Virus record (IMG/VR): IMGVR_UViG_3300014204_000006
Span: 1-64,000 of that record
Source: a virus
Lineage: Duplodnaviria; Caudoviricetes
Reading direction: 5' to 3' (one strand)
Length of the DNA: 64,000 nt
Part shown: one piece after another, positions 28,294-38,228 of the stretch
How positions within the stretch are numbered: the stretch's first letter is position 1
How the letters are laid out: each line of letters begins with the position of its first letter
The notes under the pieces: model-generated
The model's input: only the letters and a program-made list of their open reading frames with translations
Database searches by the model: none
What the model was told of the DNA's origin: nothing
Made by a program: the position numbers and the translations under genes

Positions 28294-29874
28294 TTAAGGT
28301 ATTAAAAGTGTCATATTATTAGAACTTTTATCCCATGGATCTGAATATTCCCATGAAGATACTGTGTCGGAAAAACTACCATCGTTTATTAATTCATCAC
28401 CTAAAACAGCATTTCTCCCTAAAGAGATAGAATTCATGGTCAATCTTTCTACCCCGGATGAATCTAAATATGTTTTAAACATTGTAGATGTCACATTTGT
28501 ATGTATGTACCAGTTTTGATCAGCAGTAGCATATTCTACACACACCTTTGGCAATACTTTCAGCAAAGACCCATCATTTTTATAGAGAGTGACATCTCCT
28601 ATTGTACAAAAGATACTTAATCCTTTAGACCCCATTGCTCCTGATTCAAGACCTGCTTTTGTCGCCCCGCCTATGTATCGCTCTATTTTGCGAGAAAGAA
28701 GGCTAGGGACTCCTCCGGATGTAACATATATTCCAGAATAATGGAGGAAATAAAGAGCTCCATTCTTTACATATCCATTTCTAGAGCAACATCCCACATT
28801 CATATCAAAATTTTCCAAGCTATAATCATTCCAGGTCATCAAAGCATTCCTATTGGCTATCATGAGAATATTCCCTATTGGCACCAACATAGTGATAGCA
28901 TCTTCATCTCCTCCTACTAATTTAAATGTATCATATTGCTTTACATCACGTCCTACTGAATAAGAGTTTGATACCCATCTATATTGTTTTTCTCCGGTAA
29001 AAGTGCCTGATATCCACAATTCATCAGCAGATAAAAAGGAGGAATAACCGCTTTCAAAGGTTACATCATAACTGTTGGCTGTAATACTTGATGAGTCTGC
29101 GTCTTTTATGGTTATAGACGCTATTTTATTGTTTCCACGATATATATCATATAGATTCATTCCAGTATCGGTATAAATATACTTTGTATCAGTAAGTTTT
29201 AATACCCATTCGTTATTACCATCTACAGAAGACAAATCACCATCTAACAATGAAATCAACCCCATTGGATATGAAGATCTAAGTACTGTTGTCTTTAACT
29301 CGTTCCCATCATTATCACAATAATCTGCTACGTATATTCTACTTTTGTATGATGCTATGTTTTTAGATATTGGGCTATTGAATAATGATCCTGGAGAAGC
29401 TGATGTAGACATATTTGTGGTGACACCTATTTCACCAATTATCATCCTATTTGGATCTACTCCGTTTACCATTAATATATTGCTGTCTACATTGGCAAAG
29501 GTGCAATTATTAAGCGATAAATTAATCGCCATATCGTTATTTATTTTTGTCCATACATCACTAGTATTAAGATAATAAATATTTGCGGTTACTCCGTCTA
29601 CAGAGGAAACTCTTAATAATCCCTTGCTTAAAGAGCCTCCGTCTTCAAAGTAGGTCAACCCGTAGTCTCCTTCACTTATAAAAACTGCTCCATCATTATC
29701 TGTTCCTACTACTGTTTGCCCCTCTCTTTTATCTAGAACTCCTATAACCTTAGAACGAGCATTCTCAGCATGAATAAGCTCAGTTTTAGTGGCAATAGTT
29801 TGCTGAACCGTTGAGTTTACTCCGTCAAAGTACTGAATAGATATTCTATTTTGATTTGTTCCTGATTCTTTCAT
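28294..29874 (-). CDS. Tail nozzle/stabilisation protein (P22 gp10/T7 gp12-like by position and beta-rich composition)
   Basis: FDGVNS...AENAR...KREG N-terminus, GCCSRNG..LYFL..SGIY; follows adaptor gene. Confidence 0.6.
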   Translation of the reverse strand: MKESGTNQNRISIQYFDGVNSTVQQTIATKTELIHAENARSKVIGVLDKREGQTVVGTDNDGAVFISEGDYGLTYFEDGGSLSKGLLRVSSVDGVTANIYYLNTSDVWTKINNDMAINLSLNNCTFANVDSNILMVNGVDPNRMIIGEIGVTTNMSTSASPGSLFNSPISKNIASYKSRIYVADYCDNDGNELKTTVLRSSYPMGLISLLDGDLSSVDGNNEWVLKLTDTKYIYTDTGMNLYDIYRGNNKIASITIKDADSSSITANSYDVTFESGYSSFLSADELWISGTFTGEKQYRWVSNSYSVGRDVKQYDTFKLVGGDEDAITMLVPIGNILMIANRNALMTWNDYSLENFDMNVGCCSRNGYVKNGALYFLHYSGIYVTSGGVPSLLSRKIERYIGGATKAGLESGAMGSKGLSIFCTIGDVTLYKNDGSLLKVLPKVCVEYATADQNWYIHTNVTSTMFKTYLDSSGVERLTMNSISLGRNAVLGDELINDGSFSDTVSSWEYSDPWDKSSNNMTLLIP

Positions 29875-29879
29875 TATTT

Positions 29880-31025
29880 TTATGTGTTACAAGTAGGATC
29901 TATTCCCCACACATCTAAGTCAGCAGAGCGTTTAACCGAGGATTGAGTATACAAATCTACAGCATTTTTAAACGCCTGCATATATGTGGCCGCCAATGGG
30001 TTTGTAAATTTTAAACAGGCACGATAAAGCATATAGTCCTTTAAGCTATAAAAAGCATTATCGGGCAAATCTATATATGTGCTCAAGTTTGTAACCCTGG
30101 ATGCTTTAGCCCTATATGTATATTTGTAAATAGTTCCTGACTCAGTAGGCGTAGGAGAAAACCCTATATATCTACCCCGGAGATAATGTTGGGTCACTGA
30201 TGGATTTGTCCCATTATTAGACATTACTCCAGAAACCGATAAAAAATCTATTGGCAACCCATCTTCGTTGGTTATTTCTACCATATCCGAAAAATCATCA
30301 GGAAGTATATATTCTGCGTTATTTGCCACTGTGGTAATCGTTTGTGGCGTGGAAACGGTATACTCAACGTTTGTAAGGTTTAATTTAAGCTTTAATATAG
30401 ACAAAGCTTCGTTTAGCCATGAAAACTTTTCTTTTACAGATACCAATCTTAGTTCATTCGTATTCAAGCCGCTATCAAAATCTGAAAAGACTTGTTGGAC
30501 AGTGTTTAGGTTAAAACCTAGATAAGGTATGGGATTTGACTCAAGAGACGTTTCTTCTGATAAAGTATTTCTATATTGGAACCAGCCAAAACCAGTAGAA
30601 TGGCTTGTATCAGCAAAAACACTGTAATATGAGGATGGATCCAAATCTGTCCAGTCTGTAAGAGGGGTGTTATCATCAAATGTTGGGTTCTCATCGGCGA
30701 TAGTATTTGTGAAGGGGGTCCAGAAAAACCGTATTTGATCAAATTGCAATGCAGTTACCTTTGTGCTTTCAGGATAAGCGAAAGAAGTCGTAACCGCTAT
30801 ATTGTTATTATCTCCTAAATAAATAACATTTCCAGATATTGATCTTACTTTTAAAATTGAGGCGTTAGATTGCCCTATCTCACTTAAAAGAATAGGGGTG
30901 CCTACAGCGAAAGGATCTATATTAGAAATTTCTAATGAAGATACATTTGTCTGGTTATTATCTATCAAATAAGCAAATTTTGCCCCATTTACTAATGATC
31001 TATTGTCAGCTCTAAGTGTTAACAT
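29880..31025 (-). CDS. Head-tail adaptor-like protein with N-terminal extra domain
   Basis: WLNEAL, EYILPDDF, IGFSPTP..YKYTY, LKDYMLYRA in C-terminal half. Confidence 0.6.
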   Translation of the reverse strand: MLTLRADNRSLVNGAKFAYLIDNNQTNVSSLEISNIDPFAVGTPILLSEIGQSNASILKVRSISGNVIYLGDNNNIAVTTSFAYPESTKVTALQFDQIRFFWTPFTNTIADENPTFDDNTPLTDWTDLDPSSYYSVFADTSHSTGFGWFQYRNTLSEETSLESNPIPYLGFNLNTVQQVFSDFDSGLNTNELRLVSVKEKFSWLNEALSILKLKLNLTNVEYTVSTPQTITTVANNAEYILPDDFSDMVEITNEDGLPIDFLSVSGVMSNNGTNPSVTQHYLRGRYIGFSPTPTESGTIYKYTYRAKASRVTNLSTYIDLPDNAFYSLKDYMLYRACLKFTNPLAATYMQAFKNAVDLYTQSSVKRSADLDVWGIDPTCNT

Positions 31026-31055
31026 AATGTTTTAATCACATATTTTATTAATTTT

Positions 31056-31071
31056 AGTATAGCAAAGTACT
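31056..31071 (-). promoter_or_regulatory. Putative late promoter
   Basis: AGTACT-TTGC-TATACT. Confidence 0.65.
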
Positions 31072-33735
31072 TTAAAGGCCTCCATAAAAGTTGTCTGAAT
31101 ATATGGCGTCCCCTTGTGGCCTTCCTAGACTATACCCGTATGTTTTTCTGCTTAACAGTAATTCTTCTTCAACGCTTACGTCATCAAATAGGAATAACGG
31201 TATATATATTCCTAGAATTATTGTTTCTGATACAGCAACAGTTTCATACATATCTCCCGGATCCCATGGGCTAGGTGACACAGATGGGGATACTGAAGGA
31301 GAAGTTGATGAAGAAGGAGATATTGAAGGTGAAATTGAAGGTGATTTGCTGGGGGATAAAGAAGGGGACTTAGATATAGATGGAGATATCGATGGGGATG
31401 ATGAATATGATAACGATGGTGAAAATGAGGGAGAAATAGATGGAGACTTAGAAGCTGAAGGAGATATTGAAGGAGATTTTGATGATGAAGAAGATGGAGA
31501 TGCCGATGGGGATGATGAAACGCTTGGCGAAAGTGAAGGAGATATTGATGGAGATTTTGAGGATGAAATAGATGGCGAAATAGAAGAGCTCGGAGAAATA
31601 GAAGGAGATAATGATAGGCTGGGTGAATTTGAGGGAGAAAGAGAAACACTAGGTGAAAGTGAAGGAGATTTTGATATCGATGGTGACATGGACGGCGATA
31701 AAGAAACGCTTGGTGAAAGTGAAGGAGATATTGATATACTAGGAGACAATGAAGGGCTTATGCTTCCTGCGCTTGGGGAAACAGAAGGGGAAATTGACGT
31801 TGATGGTGAGATAGATTGACTTGGACTAAGGCTTTCTGATAAAGATGGTGAAAGCGATGGTGAGACCGATGGAGATGTGGAAATAGACGGAGAAGCTGAT
31901 GGAGACTCAGAAATAGATGGAGAAATTGATGGGGATTTTGATGGAGAAAGAGAAGGAGATTTAGACGTAGAAGGTGAAAGAGAAGGAGAAATAGAAGGTG
32001 ATTTTGATGTTGAAATAGATGAGGATGGAGAAATAGAAGGCGATGGAGAAACCGAAGGAGAAATAGAAGGAGATATAGAAATAGAAGGTGATAATGATGT
32101 AGAAGGACTTGGAGATAATGACTCGGATGGGCTCAAAGATGGGCTAATAGAGTAATAAGTGACATAAGAATCAACCATAGATTGATCCCAATATCTATTT
32201 TCTACGAAAAATTCGTCAACATATCCCTTGTACCAATTATTGAAAGTTCCTGCGTATTCTCCACATCCTATTTTTAATGTAGAGGTTGCACTACTAGCTA
32301 ATGGTTCGAAACTTGTAGCGGTTTTTTGTAGAATACCATTGACATACAGGTATGCGGTCAGGGTTGTTGCATTCCATGAACAAATCACATTATTCCATTG
32401 AGATACCCTATAGGGGGCAACACACGAAAAGATGTTATTATACGGTATAACAAAAGAAATAGTATTGTTTGAATTTTTGTTTAAATACCAGTCTCGGGGG
32501 CCAGTGTATTTTTCTCTATCTACAATTCTTCCAGTAGTCTTAGATTCGTCTGCTTTGAACCAAATAGAAAAAGTAAAGCTTTGATCTCCATAGAAATCAA
32601 AATTACTTCCTGAACCACAAATAATATATGAAGAGCTTCCATTGAAGGAAACTCCGTTTCCCACCACCCCATAACTATTGTTATAGCTTAATGCTGCTCC
32701 ACTTGAAGAAATAGAATTTCCAGAACTGTCAGTCAAGTCTCCTTGGAAATGTAACAAAACTTTAGTTATTGAACTTCCTGCTCCAGAATATTGTTCAGGC
32801 ATGACAGCCTTAGATGGAGAAAGAGAACTAGACGGGGATATTGATTGTGATTTTGATGGAGACAATGATGATGACGGAGAAACAGAAGGAGATGGGGAGG
32901 TGGATGGAGATACAGAAAAACCAACAGATGATGATTCTAATAATATTCCACCTCCATTTTCTTGCAACAGCCTCCCTCCATCTTCCATTAATAAAAAAGA
33001 ATTTCCTCCTGTAGGAGCATTAGGATTCAATGAAGATGCTATCCTCATCTGCATATCTAGATATGATGAAACATTATCCCATGGATTAGGTAAAACATCA
33101 TCTGTAAGATAAAAATAATCAAAAGCAGTTAGAGAATTTATTATAAAAGCATCAGTGAGTGCCGTGTCTATTTCCGGCCCCGGCTGGTTATAAACAACAT
33201 AACCCTTCCTGCTTTTTGGTATATTTGGGTTAACAACATCAGGCCCTATTTTACCGTTAGATTCATACACAATACAAACATCTGGAGCATTAGGCAATGT
33301 GAACCATGAATCATCTTCTTCTGTTAAATGAGCATTTGCAACTATAAAATTTGTTTTTGTTCTAGTATATTGTGCTATTTGAGTATATCCAGACAACCCA
33401 AAAGTAGCATAATCCCATTCATCAAAGAATATACCATCTAAATCTGGATAGTATTCAAACCATCTAGCTACCTCGGTGTTTATTTCTGCTACACTTCTGT
33501 TCCAAGAAGTAGTATATACATAGCCAATTACCCTAATATTGTGGTTATGACACTCTTCAATAAAGGTATGATATAAAGGGCTATTATAGTTTAATGATGG
33601 CCATATTGTGGTACTAACTCCTACAGCTAATATTAGGTTAGCATTTCTATACTGGTCAGCTAACGATATAACTCTTTGTATGTTAGCGGTGCTGACATTA
33701 ATAGTCTCATAGAATGGCACTATTATTCCTACCAT
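31072..33735 (-). CDS. Fibre/spike protein: spherulin-4 (GH135)-like domain + LamG-like domain + Ser-Pro repeats
   Basis: IIVPFY, VIGYVYT, DGIFFDE, YLTDDVLPNPWD; WNNVICSW..LYVNG..LKIG..GYVDEF; ~295-aa SP tract. Confidence 0.8.
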   Translation of the reverse strand: MVGIIVPFYETINVSTANIQRVISLADQYRNANLILAVGVSTTIWPSLNYNSPLYHTFIEECHNHNIRVIGYVYTTSWNRSVAEINTEVARWFEYYPDLDGIFFDEWDYATFGLSGYTQIAQYTRTKTNFIVANAHLTEEDDSWFTLPNAPDVCIVYESNGKIGPDVVNPNIPKSRKGYVVYNQPGPEIDTALTDAFIINSLTAFDYFYLTDDVLPNPWDNVSSYLDMQMRIASSLNPNAPTGGNSFLLMEDGGRLLQENGGGILLESSSVGFSVSPSTSPSPSVSPSSSLSPSKSQSISPSSSLSPSKAVMPEQYSGAGSSITKVLLHFQGDLTDSSGNSISSSGAALSYNNSYGVVGNGVSFNGSSSYIICGSGSNFDFYGDQSFTFSIWFKADESKTTGRIVDREKYTGPRDWYLNKNSNNTISFVIPYNNIFSCVAPYRVSQWNNVICSWNATTLTAYLYVNGILQKTATSFEPLASSATSTLKIGCGEYAGTFNNWYKGYVDEFFVENRYWDQSMVDSYVTYYSISPSLSPSESLSPSPSTSLSPSISISPSISPSVSPSPSISPSSSISTSKSPSISPSLSPSTSKSPSLSPSKSPSISPSISESPSASPSISTSPSVSPSLSPSLSESLSPSQSISPSTSISPSVSPSAGSISPSLSPSISISPSLSPSVSLSPSMSPSISKSPSLSPSVSLSPSNSPSLSLSPSISPSSSISPSISSSKSPSISPSLSPSVSSSPSASPSSSSSKSPSISPSASKSPSISPSFSPSLSYSSSPSISPSISKSPSLSPSKSPSISPSISPSSSTSPSVSPSVSPSPWDPGDMYETVAVSETIILGIYIPLFLFDDVSVEEELLLSRKTYGYSLGRPQGDAIYSDNFYGGL

Positions 33736-33752
33736 ATTTTTTTTCTATTTCA

Positions 33753-35363
33753 TTATGATGGAGAAACCGATGGAGAGTCTGATGGAGAAGTCGAATATGA
33801 ATATGAAGGACTGGCTGATGGACTGGCAGAATAATAAGTGAGATATGCATCAACTGCAGTTTGATCCCAATATGCTTTTTCAATGAAGAAATCATCCATA
33901 TATCCTTTATAGAAGGCCTCTCTAACATTGTTGCTTTCCCCGCAACCAATATACATAGTTGCTCCAGTAGAAGACATCTGTGTACTGCCGTCACTAGACC
34001 CCGCAAGATATCCATTGACATAAACATATGCCGTTTGAGTCAAAGCGTTAAAAACACACATCAATTGATTCCATACATTAATCCTATAATTTGCAGTTAC
34101 ATTTCTATCCGATACTAAAAAGGCAAGTGTTCCACTTCCGGTTTTAGATATTTTCCATGATCCATCAACCCCAGTATTATATCTTCCCATAAAAACACCA
34201 GTACTTTTGCTTTCGTCTGCTTTAAACCAAAAAGAACATGTGAAGTGATTTGAGCCATATATGTTGATTGAAGGGCCAATTACATACGATGCAGCCCCAT
34301 CAAAGCTTATCCCGTTATTTATAACTCCATAACTATTTGAATAAGATACGCCACTTGGATAACTTGTGAATCCATTTCCAGAACTATCAGTACAATTTCC
34401 TTGAAAATGAAGTAAGCATTGAGTTATTGATGTTCCTGCCCCAGCGTATTCTTGAGGCATAACTTCTTTTGAAGGAGATAGTGAAGACGAAGGTGAAACT
34501 GAAGGTGATTTTGAAGGAGATAGTGAAGACGAAGGTGAAACTGAAGGTGATTTTGAAGGAGATAGTGAAGACGAAGGTGAAACTGAAGGTGATTTTGAAG
34601 GAGATAGTGAAATAGACACAGAAGGAGAAATTGAAGATGAAGGTGAAATTGAAGGTGATTTTGAAGAAGATGGTGAAATTGAAGGGGAAATTGATGATGA
34701 AACTGAAGGGGAAATTGATGATGAAACTGAGGGGGAGATTGATAGAGATGGAGATAAAGAAGGAGAATATGAAGAAGACTCAGATGGGCTTGTGCTCCCG
34801 ACGCTAGGTGATACAGAATTGCTTATTGATGGAGAAGAAGAGTCACTCAATGATATCGAAGGAGATAATGATGGACTATTGCTTGATCCAGCACTAGGAG
34901 ATTGAGATGGGGATATTGAAGGGGATAATGAGTTGGATATAGAAGGAGAGATAGATAACGATAATGAAACAGATGGTGATATAGAAGGAGATAATGATGA
35001 ACTAGGGGAAACAGAGAGGGAAGTTGAACCTGAAGGGGAGATAGATGGAGATAAAGAGACACTAGGAGAAACAGAAGGTGATTTTGAAAAAGATAAAGAA
35101 GGGGAGATAGATAATGACAAAGATGATGACGGTGAAATTGAAGGAGAAATTGAAGGAGAAATTGAAGGAGAAATTGAAGGAGACTTTGACGGACTCAAAG
35201 AAGAACTAGGAGAAACAGAAGGAGAACTAGAAATAGCACCAATTCCGGAATTGACATCAGCAAGCGTAGAATAATATGTTACTCCATCTCTAACAACAGG
35301 AATCAAGTCTGTTCCTAACAACGGTGTTAAATAAGAAAGTTCAGATATTTTTAAGTCTGCCAT
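33753..35363 (-). CDS. Fibre protein: MADLKISEL-type N-terminal domain, Ser-Pro repeats, LamG-like domain
   Basis: ~250-aa SP tract; LamG region paralogous to neighbouring gene. Confidence 0.78.
   Translation of the reverse strand: MADLKISELSYLTPLLGTDLIPVVRDGVTYYSTLADVNSGIGAISSSPSVSPSSSLSPSKSPSISPSISPSISPSISPSSSLSLSISPSLSFSKSPSVSPSVSLSPSISPSGSTSLSVSPSSSLSPSISPSVSLSLSISPSISNSLSPSISPSQSPSAGSSNSPSLSPSISLSDSSSPSISNSVSPSVGSTSPSESSSYSPSLSPSLSISPSVSSSISPSVSSSISPSISPSSSKSPSISPSSSISPSVSISLSPSKSPSVSPSSSLSPSKSPSVSPSSSLSPSKSPSVSPSSSLSPSKEVMPQEYAGAGTSITQCLLHFQGNCTDSSGNGFTSYPSGVSYSNSYGVINNGISFDGAASYVIGPSINIYGSNHFTCSFWFKADESKSTGVFMGRYNTGVDGSWKISKTGSGTLAFLVSDRNVTANYRINVWNQLMCVFNALTQTAYVYVNGYLAGSSDGSTQMSSTGATMYIGCGESNNVREAFYKGYMDDFFIEKAYWDQTAVDAYLTYYSASPSASPSYSYSTSPSDSPSVSPS
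34471..34610. repeat. 3.3 x exact 42-bp tandem repeat within SP tract
   Basis: GAAGGAGATAGTGAAGACGAAGGTGAAACTGAAGGTGATTTT repeated. Confidence 0.9.
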
Positions 35364-35393
35364 ATATGTTTTTTAGTATTATTACTTCAACTA

Positions 35394-35409
35394 ATTATAC
35401 ATAAGTACT
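35394..35409 (-). promoter_or_regulatory. Putative late promoter
   Basis: AGTACT-TATG-TATAAT. Confidence 0.65.
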
Positions 35410-35417
35410 TCCAAGTC

Positions 35418-38222
35418 CTATATTTGGAAATCATCCACATCCCCTATAGGCCTATATTCTGGAACATCATATCCCTTTTCCTTTTTAAAGTACATTATGA
35501 GTGATTCTGAGACAATTATGTCTTCCTCCACAGTAGTGAGCTCTGCTGGACTAGGAGAAACTGAAGGAGAAATAGAAGGAGATGGAGAGGGGGATTTAGA
35601 GGGTGATTTAGAAGGGGATTTAGAGGGTGATTTAGAGGGGGATTTGGAAGGGGATTTGGAAGGAGACTTTGAAATTGAAGGAGAAATAGATGGAGATAAG
35701 GAAGGTGAAACTGACGGGCTTAATGAGACGGATGGCGATATTGAAGGAGAAACCGATATCGATGGAGAAATTGAAGGACTCAAAGAAATAGAAGGGGAGG
35801 TTGAAGGTGAAATTGACCTAGATGGTGAAATTGAAGGTGATTTAGATGGTGATATCGAAGGAGAAAGTGAAAAAGATGGTGAGGTTGAAAGTGATTTAGA
35901 CGGTGATATTGAAGAAGATATTGATGGAGAGAATGAACTAGATGGAGATGTAGAAAAAGATAATGATGAAGATGGAGATATTGATGATGATTTTGATGGG
36001 GAATTAGAAACTGAAGGAGAAATTGAAGGTGATTTTGATGGAGATATTGAAGGTGATTCGCTATAAGATTTTGATGGAGAAGTTGATTCACTCGGAGACA
36101 ATGATGGTGATATTGAATAAGAAATTGATATTGAAGGAGAAATTGAAGATGACGGGGATACTGAAGGAGATCCAGACGGTGATATAGACGCTGATGGGGA
36201 GACTGATGGGGATGGGGATATGGATGGAGATAAGGATGGAGATAAGGATGGAGACGCCGAAGCAGAGATACTGCTAGGGAAAGCACCATATCTGATATCA
36301 TCTATGAGAAGGCTTCCCTCAGTAAATGTTATTTCGTTTGATGCTACATAATATATTAAAGAAAAAGCTGTTATAGCGACTGGATCTGGAGAGCCTACCA
36401 CCCCAGTAGGATTATCCCAATTGACATCTATAGTCACCCAATTTCCTACCATTAAAATACTTGGAGACACATCCCAATATTTATATTGTGATGTGCTTAC
36501 TGTCCCAACTTGAACCCTAAAATTTCCTCCAGCGACAAGTTTGTCTTTAGTATCTTGATCTACAACATACAATCTAAACACAATATGCATATCTGATGAG
36601 GATAAATTAATAGTCGGTAATAGATATGAACTTATGCCATTACTTAACCTGTTCGTGAATGTTTTTTTCAGTTGTAAAGAATAGCTCCCTTCATAACTAA
36701 TTGCACTAGTGGGAAATGTTCCTATCTCTGCAAATTGTGCCCAATTAGTAGTTTCCTCACAAGGGTTCCATGACACTGTTGTTGATGGAGAAGGTGAGAC
36801 TGATGGAGATAAAGAAAGAGAAGGTGATGTTGAAGGAGACTTTGATGGAGATAATGATGGAGATAAAGAAAGAGAAGGTGATGTTGAAGGAGACTTTGAT
36901 GGAGATATAGACAGAGATAAAGAGGGGGAGGTCGACTGAGAAGGAGAAATTGATGGAGAAAGTGAGGGAGACTTACTAGGAGAAAATGAATTAGAGGGGG
37001 AAATAGAAGGAGACATAGAAGAAGAAGGAGAGTTTGAAGGAGAGATTGATGGAGATAAAGAAAGAGATGATGAAGGAGAAGTAGAAGGAGATATTGAAGG
37101 ACTAAAAGATACTGATGGGCTAGACGAAAAATTCCATCCGCTGTTATTAATAGTATTTAACGAATGAATTGCATTCCATGTAGCTCCGCCAGTTACGCTT
37201 GAGTTTGAAATATTTAGATATTCGCAATTAACTGTTCCTGATGATTTTGAAAGAGTGAATTGATTAGTTGTATCTATACTATCTAGGGTTATAGGATTCC
37301 CAACTGATCCTATAGCAGTAAAAGTAGCGACTGTTTGAGTAGTGTTTTCAAGAAACCTGACAGATACTCCTTCACTTATTTTTAAATCATTAAAATTATT
37401 AGAACCATAAACAAATATCGAATTTGTGGGTGTTGGTCCATTAATCCAAACGTTATTATATGTATGGCCTCCTAACCCACTAAAATTTATTTCCTCTGAA
37501 TCTATTTTTATAGTAGATGTTTCTGGTACAACCGTTAGTACTTCACCATTGTTTTCATCTGTCTCCCATCCTCCATTGGTGGCCTCCCATGTGCCTGAAC
37601 CCATGACAATAGTCGGAGTATACCCTGTACTAGCGTAGAAGTAGAAATTATTGACAGTTACATTGTGGTCATTAGCATCAAATGTTCCATTTTCGTGGTC
37701 GAACCAGCCAGCCGTCATTAAATTATTTTGCAGTGTCCATGTGGCCGCTCCTCCATCCCAACCAAATCCCAAACCACAATAAAGACTAGCACCAGCAATA
37801 GAGATAGTATATGAACCAGATAAAGATAGAAGAAGGAAGGCCACTTTAACTGCTCCGAAATGACCAAGTGTTAAACCTGCTTCTAAAGAAATATTCCCAT
37901 AAATAGACAATCTTCTATCATTATCTCCCGTATAATCTATTGAGTATGTATGGCCAGAATTGGAAGTAAAATTATTACATGCACCATCAGATAGTGTTAT
38001 CGTCCCTCCACTGCCAAAACCTGAACTAGAATTTATAAAAACATCGTCAGATGAAGTAGGCAAAGATGCTCCACCTGAACCTCCAGATGTTGCTGACCAA
38101 TGGTTAGTATAATCAGACCAATTGCCTGAGCCCCCAACCCAGAATCTGTCTGATGATCCAGAACTAGGACTTATACTAGGACTAACAGAAAAAGAAAAAC
38201 TAGGTGATATTGAATATGCCAT
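35418..38222 (-). CDS. Fibre/spike protein: beta-helix-like domain, carbohydrate-binding-like domain, Ser-Pro repeats
   Basis: RFWVGGSGNWSD..HWSATSGG..GASLPTSSDDVF N-domain; two long SP tracts. Confidence 0.78.
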   Translation of the reverse strand: MAYSISPSFSFSVSPSISPSSGSSDRFWVGGSGNWSDYTNHWSATSGGSGGASLPTSSDDVFINSSSGFGSGGTITLSDGACNNFTSNSGHTYSIDYTGDNDRRLSIYGNISLEAGLTLGHFGAVKVAFLLLSLSGSYTISIAGASLYCGLGFGWDGGAATWTLQNNLMTAGWFDHENGTFDANDHNVTVNNFYFYASTGYTPTIVMGSGTWEATNGGWETDENNGEVLTVVPETSTIKIDSEEINFSGLGGHTYNNVWINGPTPTNSIFVYGSNNFNDLKISEGVSVRFLENTTQTVATFTAIGSVGNPITLDSIDTTNQFTLSKSSGTVNCEYLNISNSSVTGGATWNAIHSLNTINNSGWNFSSSPSVSFSPSISPSTSPSSSLSLSPSISPSNSPSSSMSPSISPSNSFSPSKSPSLSPSISPSQSTSPSLSLSISPSKSPSTSPSLSLSPSLSPSKSPSTSPSLSLSPSVSPSPSTTVSWNPCEETTNWAQFAEIGTFPTSAISYEGSYSLQLKKTFTNRLSNGISSYLLPTINLSSSDMHIVFRLYVVDQDTKDKLVAGGNFRVQVGTVSTSQYKYWDVSPSILMVGNWVTIDVNWDNPTGVVGSPDPVAITAFSLIYYVASNEITFTEGSLLIDDIRYGAFPSSISASASPSLSPSLSPSISPSPSVSPSASISPSGSPSVSPSSSISPSISISYSISPSLSPSESTSPSKSYSESPSISPSKSPSISPSVSNSPSKSSSISPSSSLSFSTSPSSSFSPSISSSISPSKSLSTSPSFSLSPSISPSKSPSISPSRSISPSTSPSISLSPSISPSISVSPSISPSVSLSPSVSPSLSPSISPSISKSPSKSPSKSPSKSPSKSPSKSPSKSPSPSPSISPSVSPSPAELTTVEEDIIVSESLIMYFKKEKGYDVPEYRPIGDVDDFQI

Positions 38223-38228
38223 TTTTTT

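Noticed and set aside
31091-36939. Long Glu/Gly/Asp-rich + strand ORFs and His/Leu-rich alternate-frame ORFs (also 50126..50584, 50205..50540)
   Set aside because: Antisense or frame shadows of the stop-poor Ser-Pro repeats
27192-38222. Diversity-generating retroelement acting on fibres
   Set aside because: No reverse transcriptase and no adenine-specific TR/VR pair seen in the window
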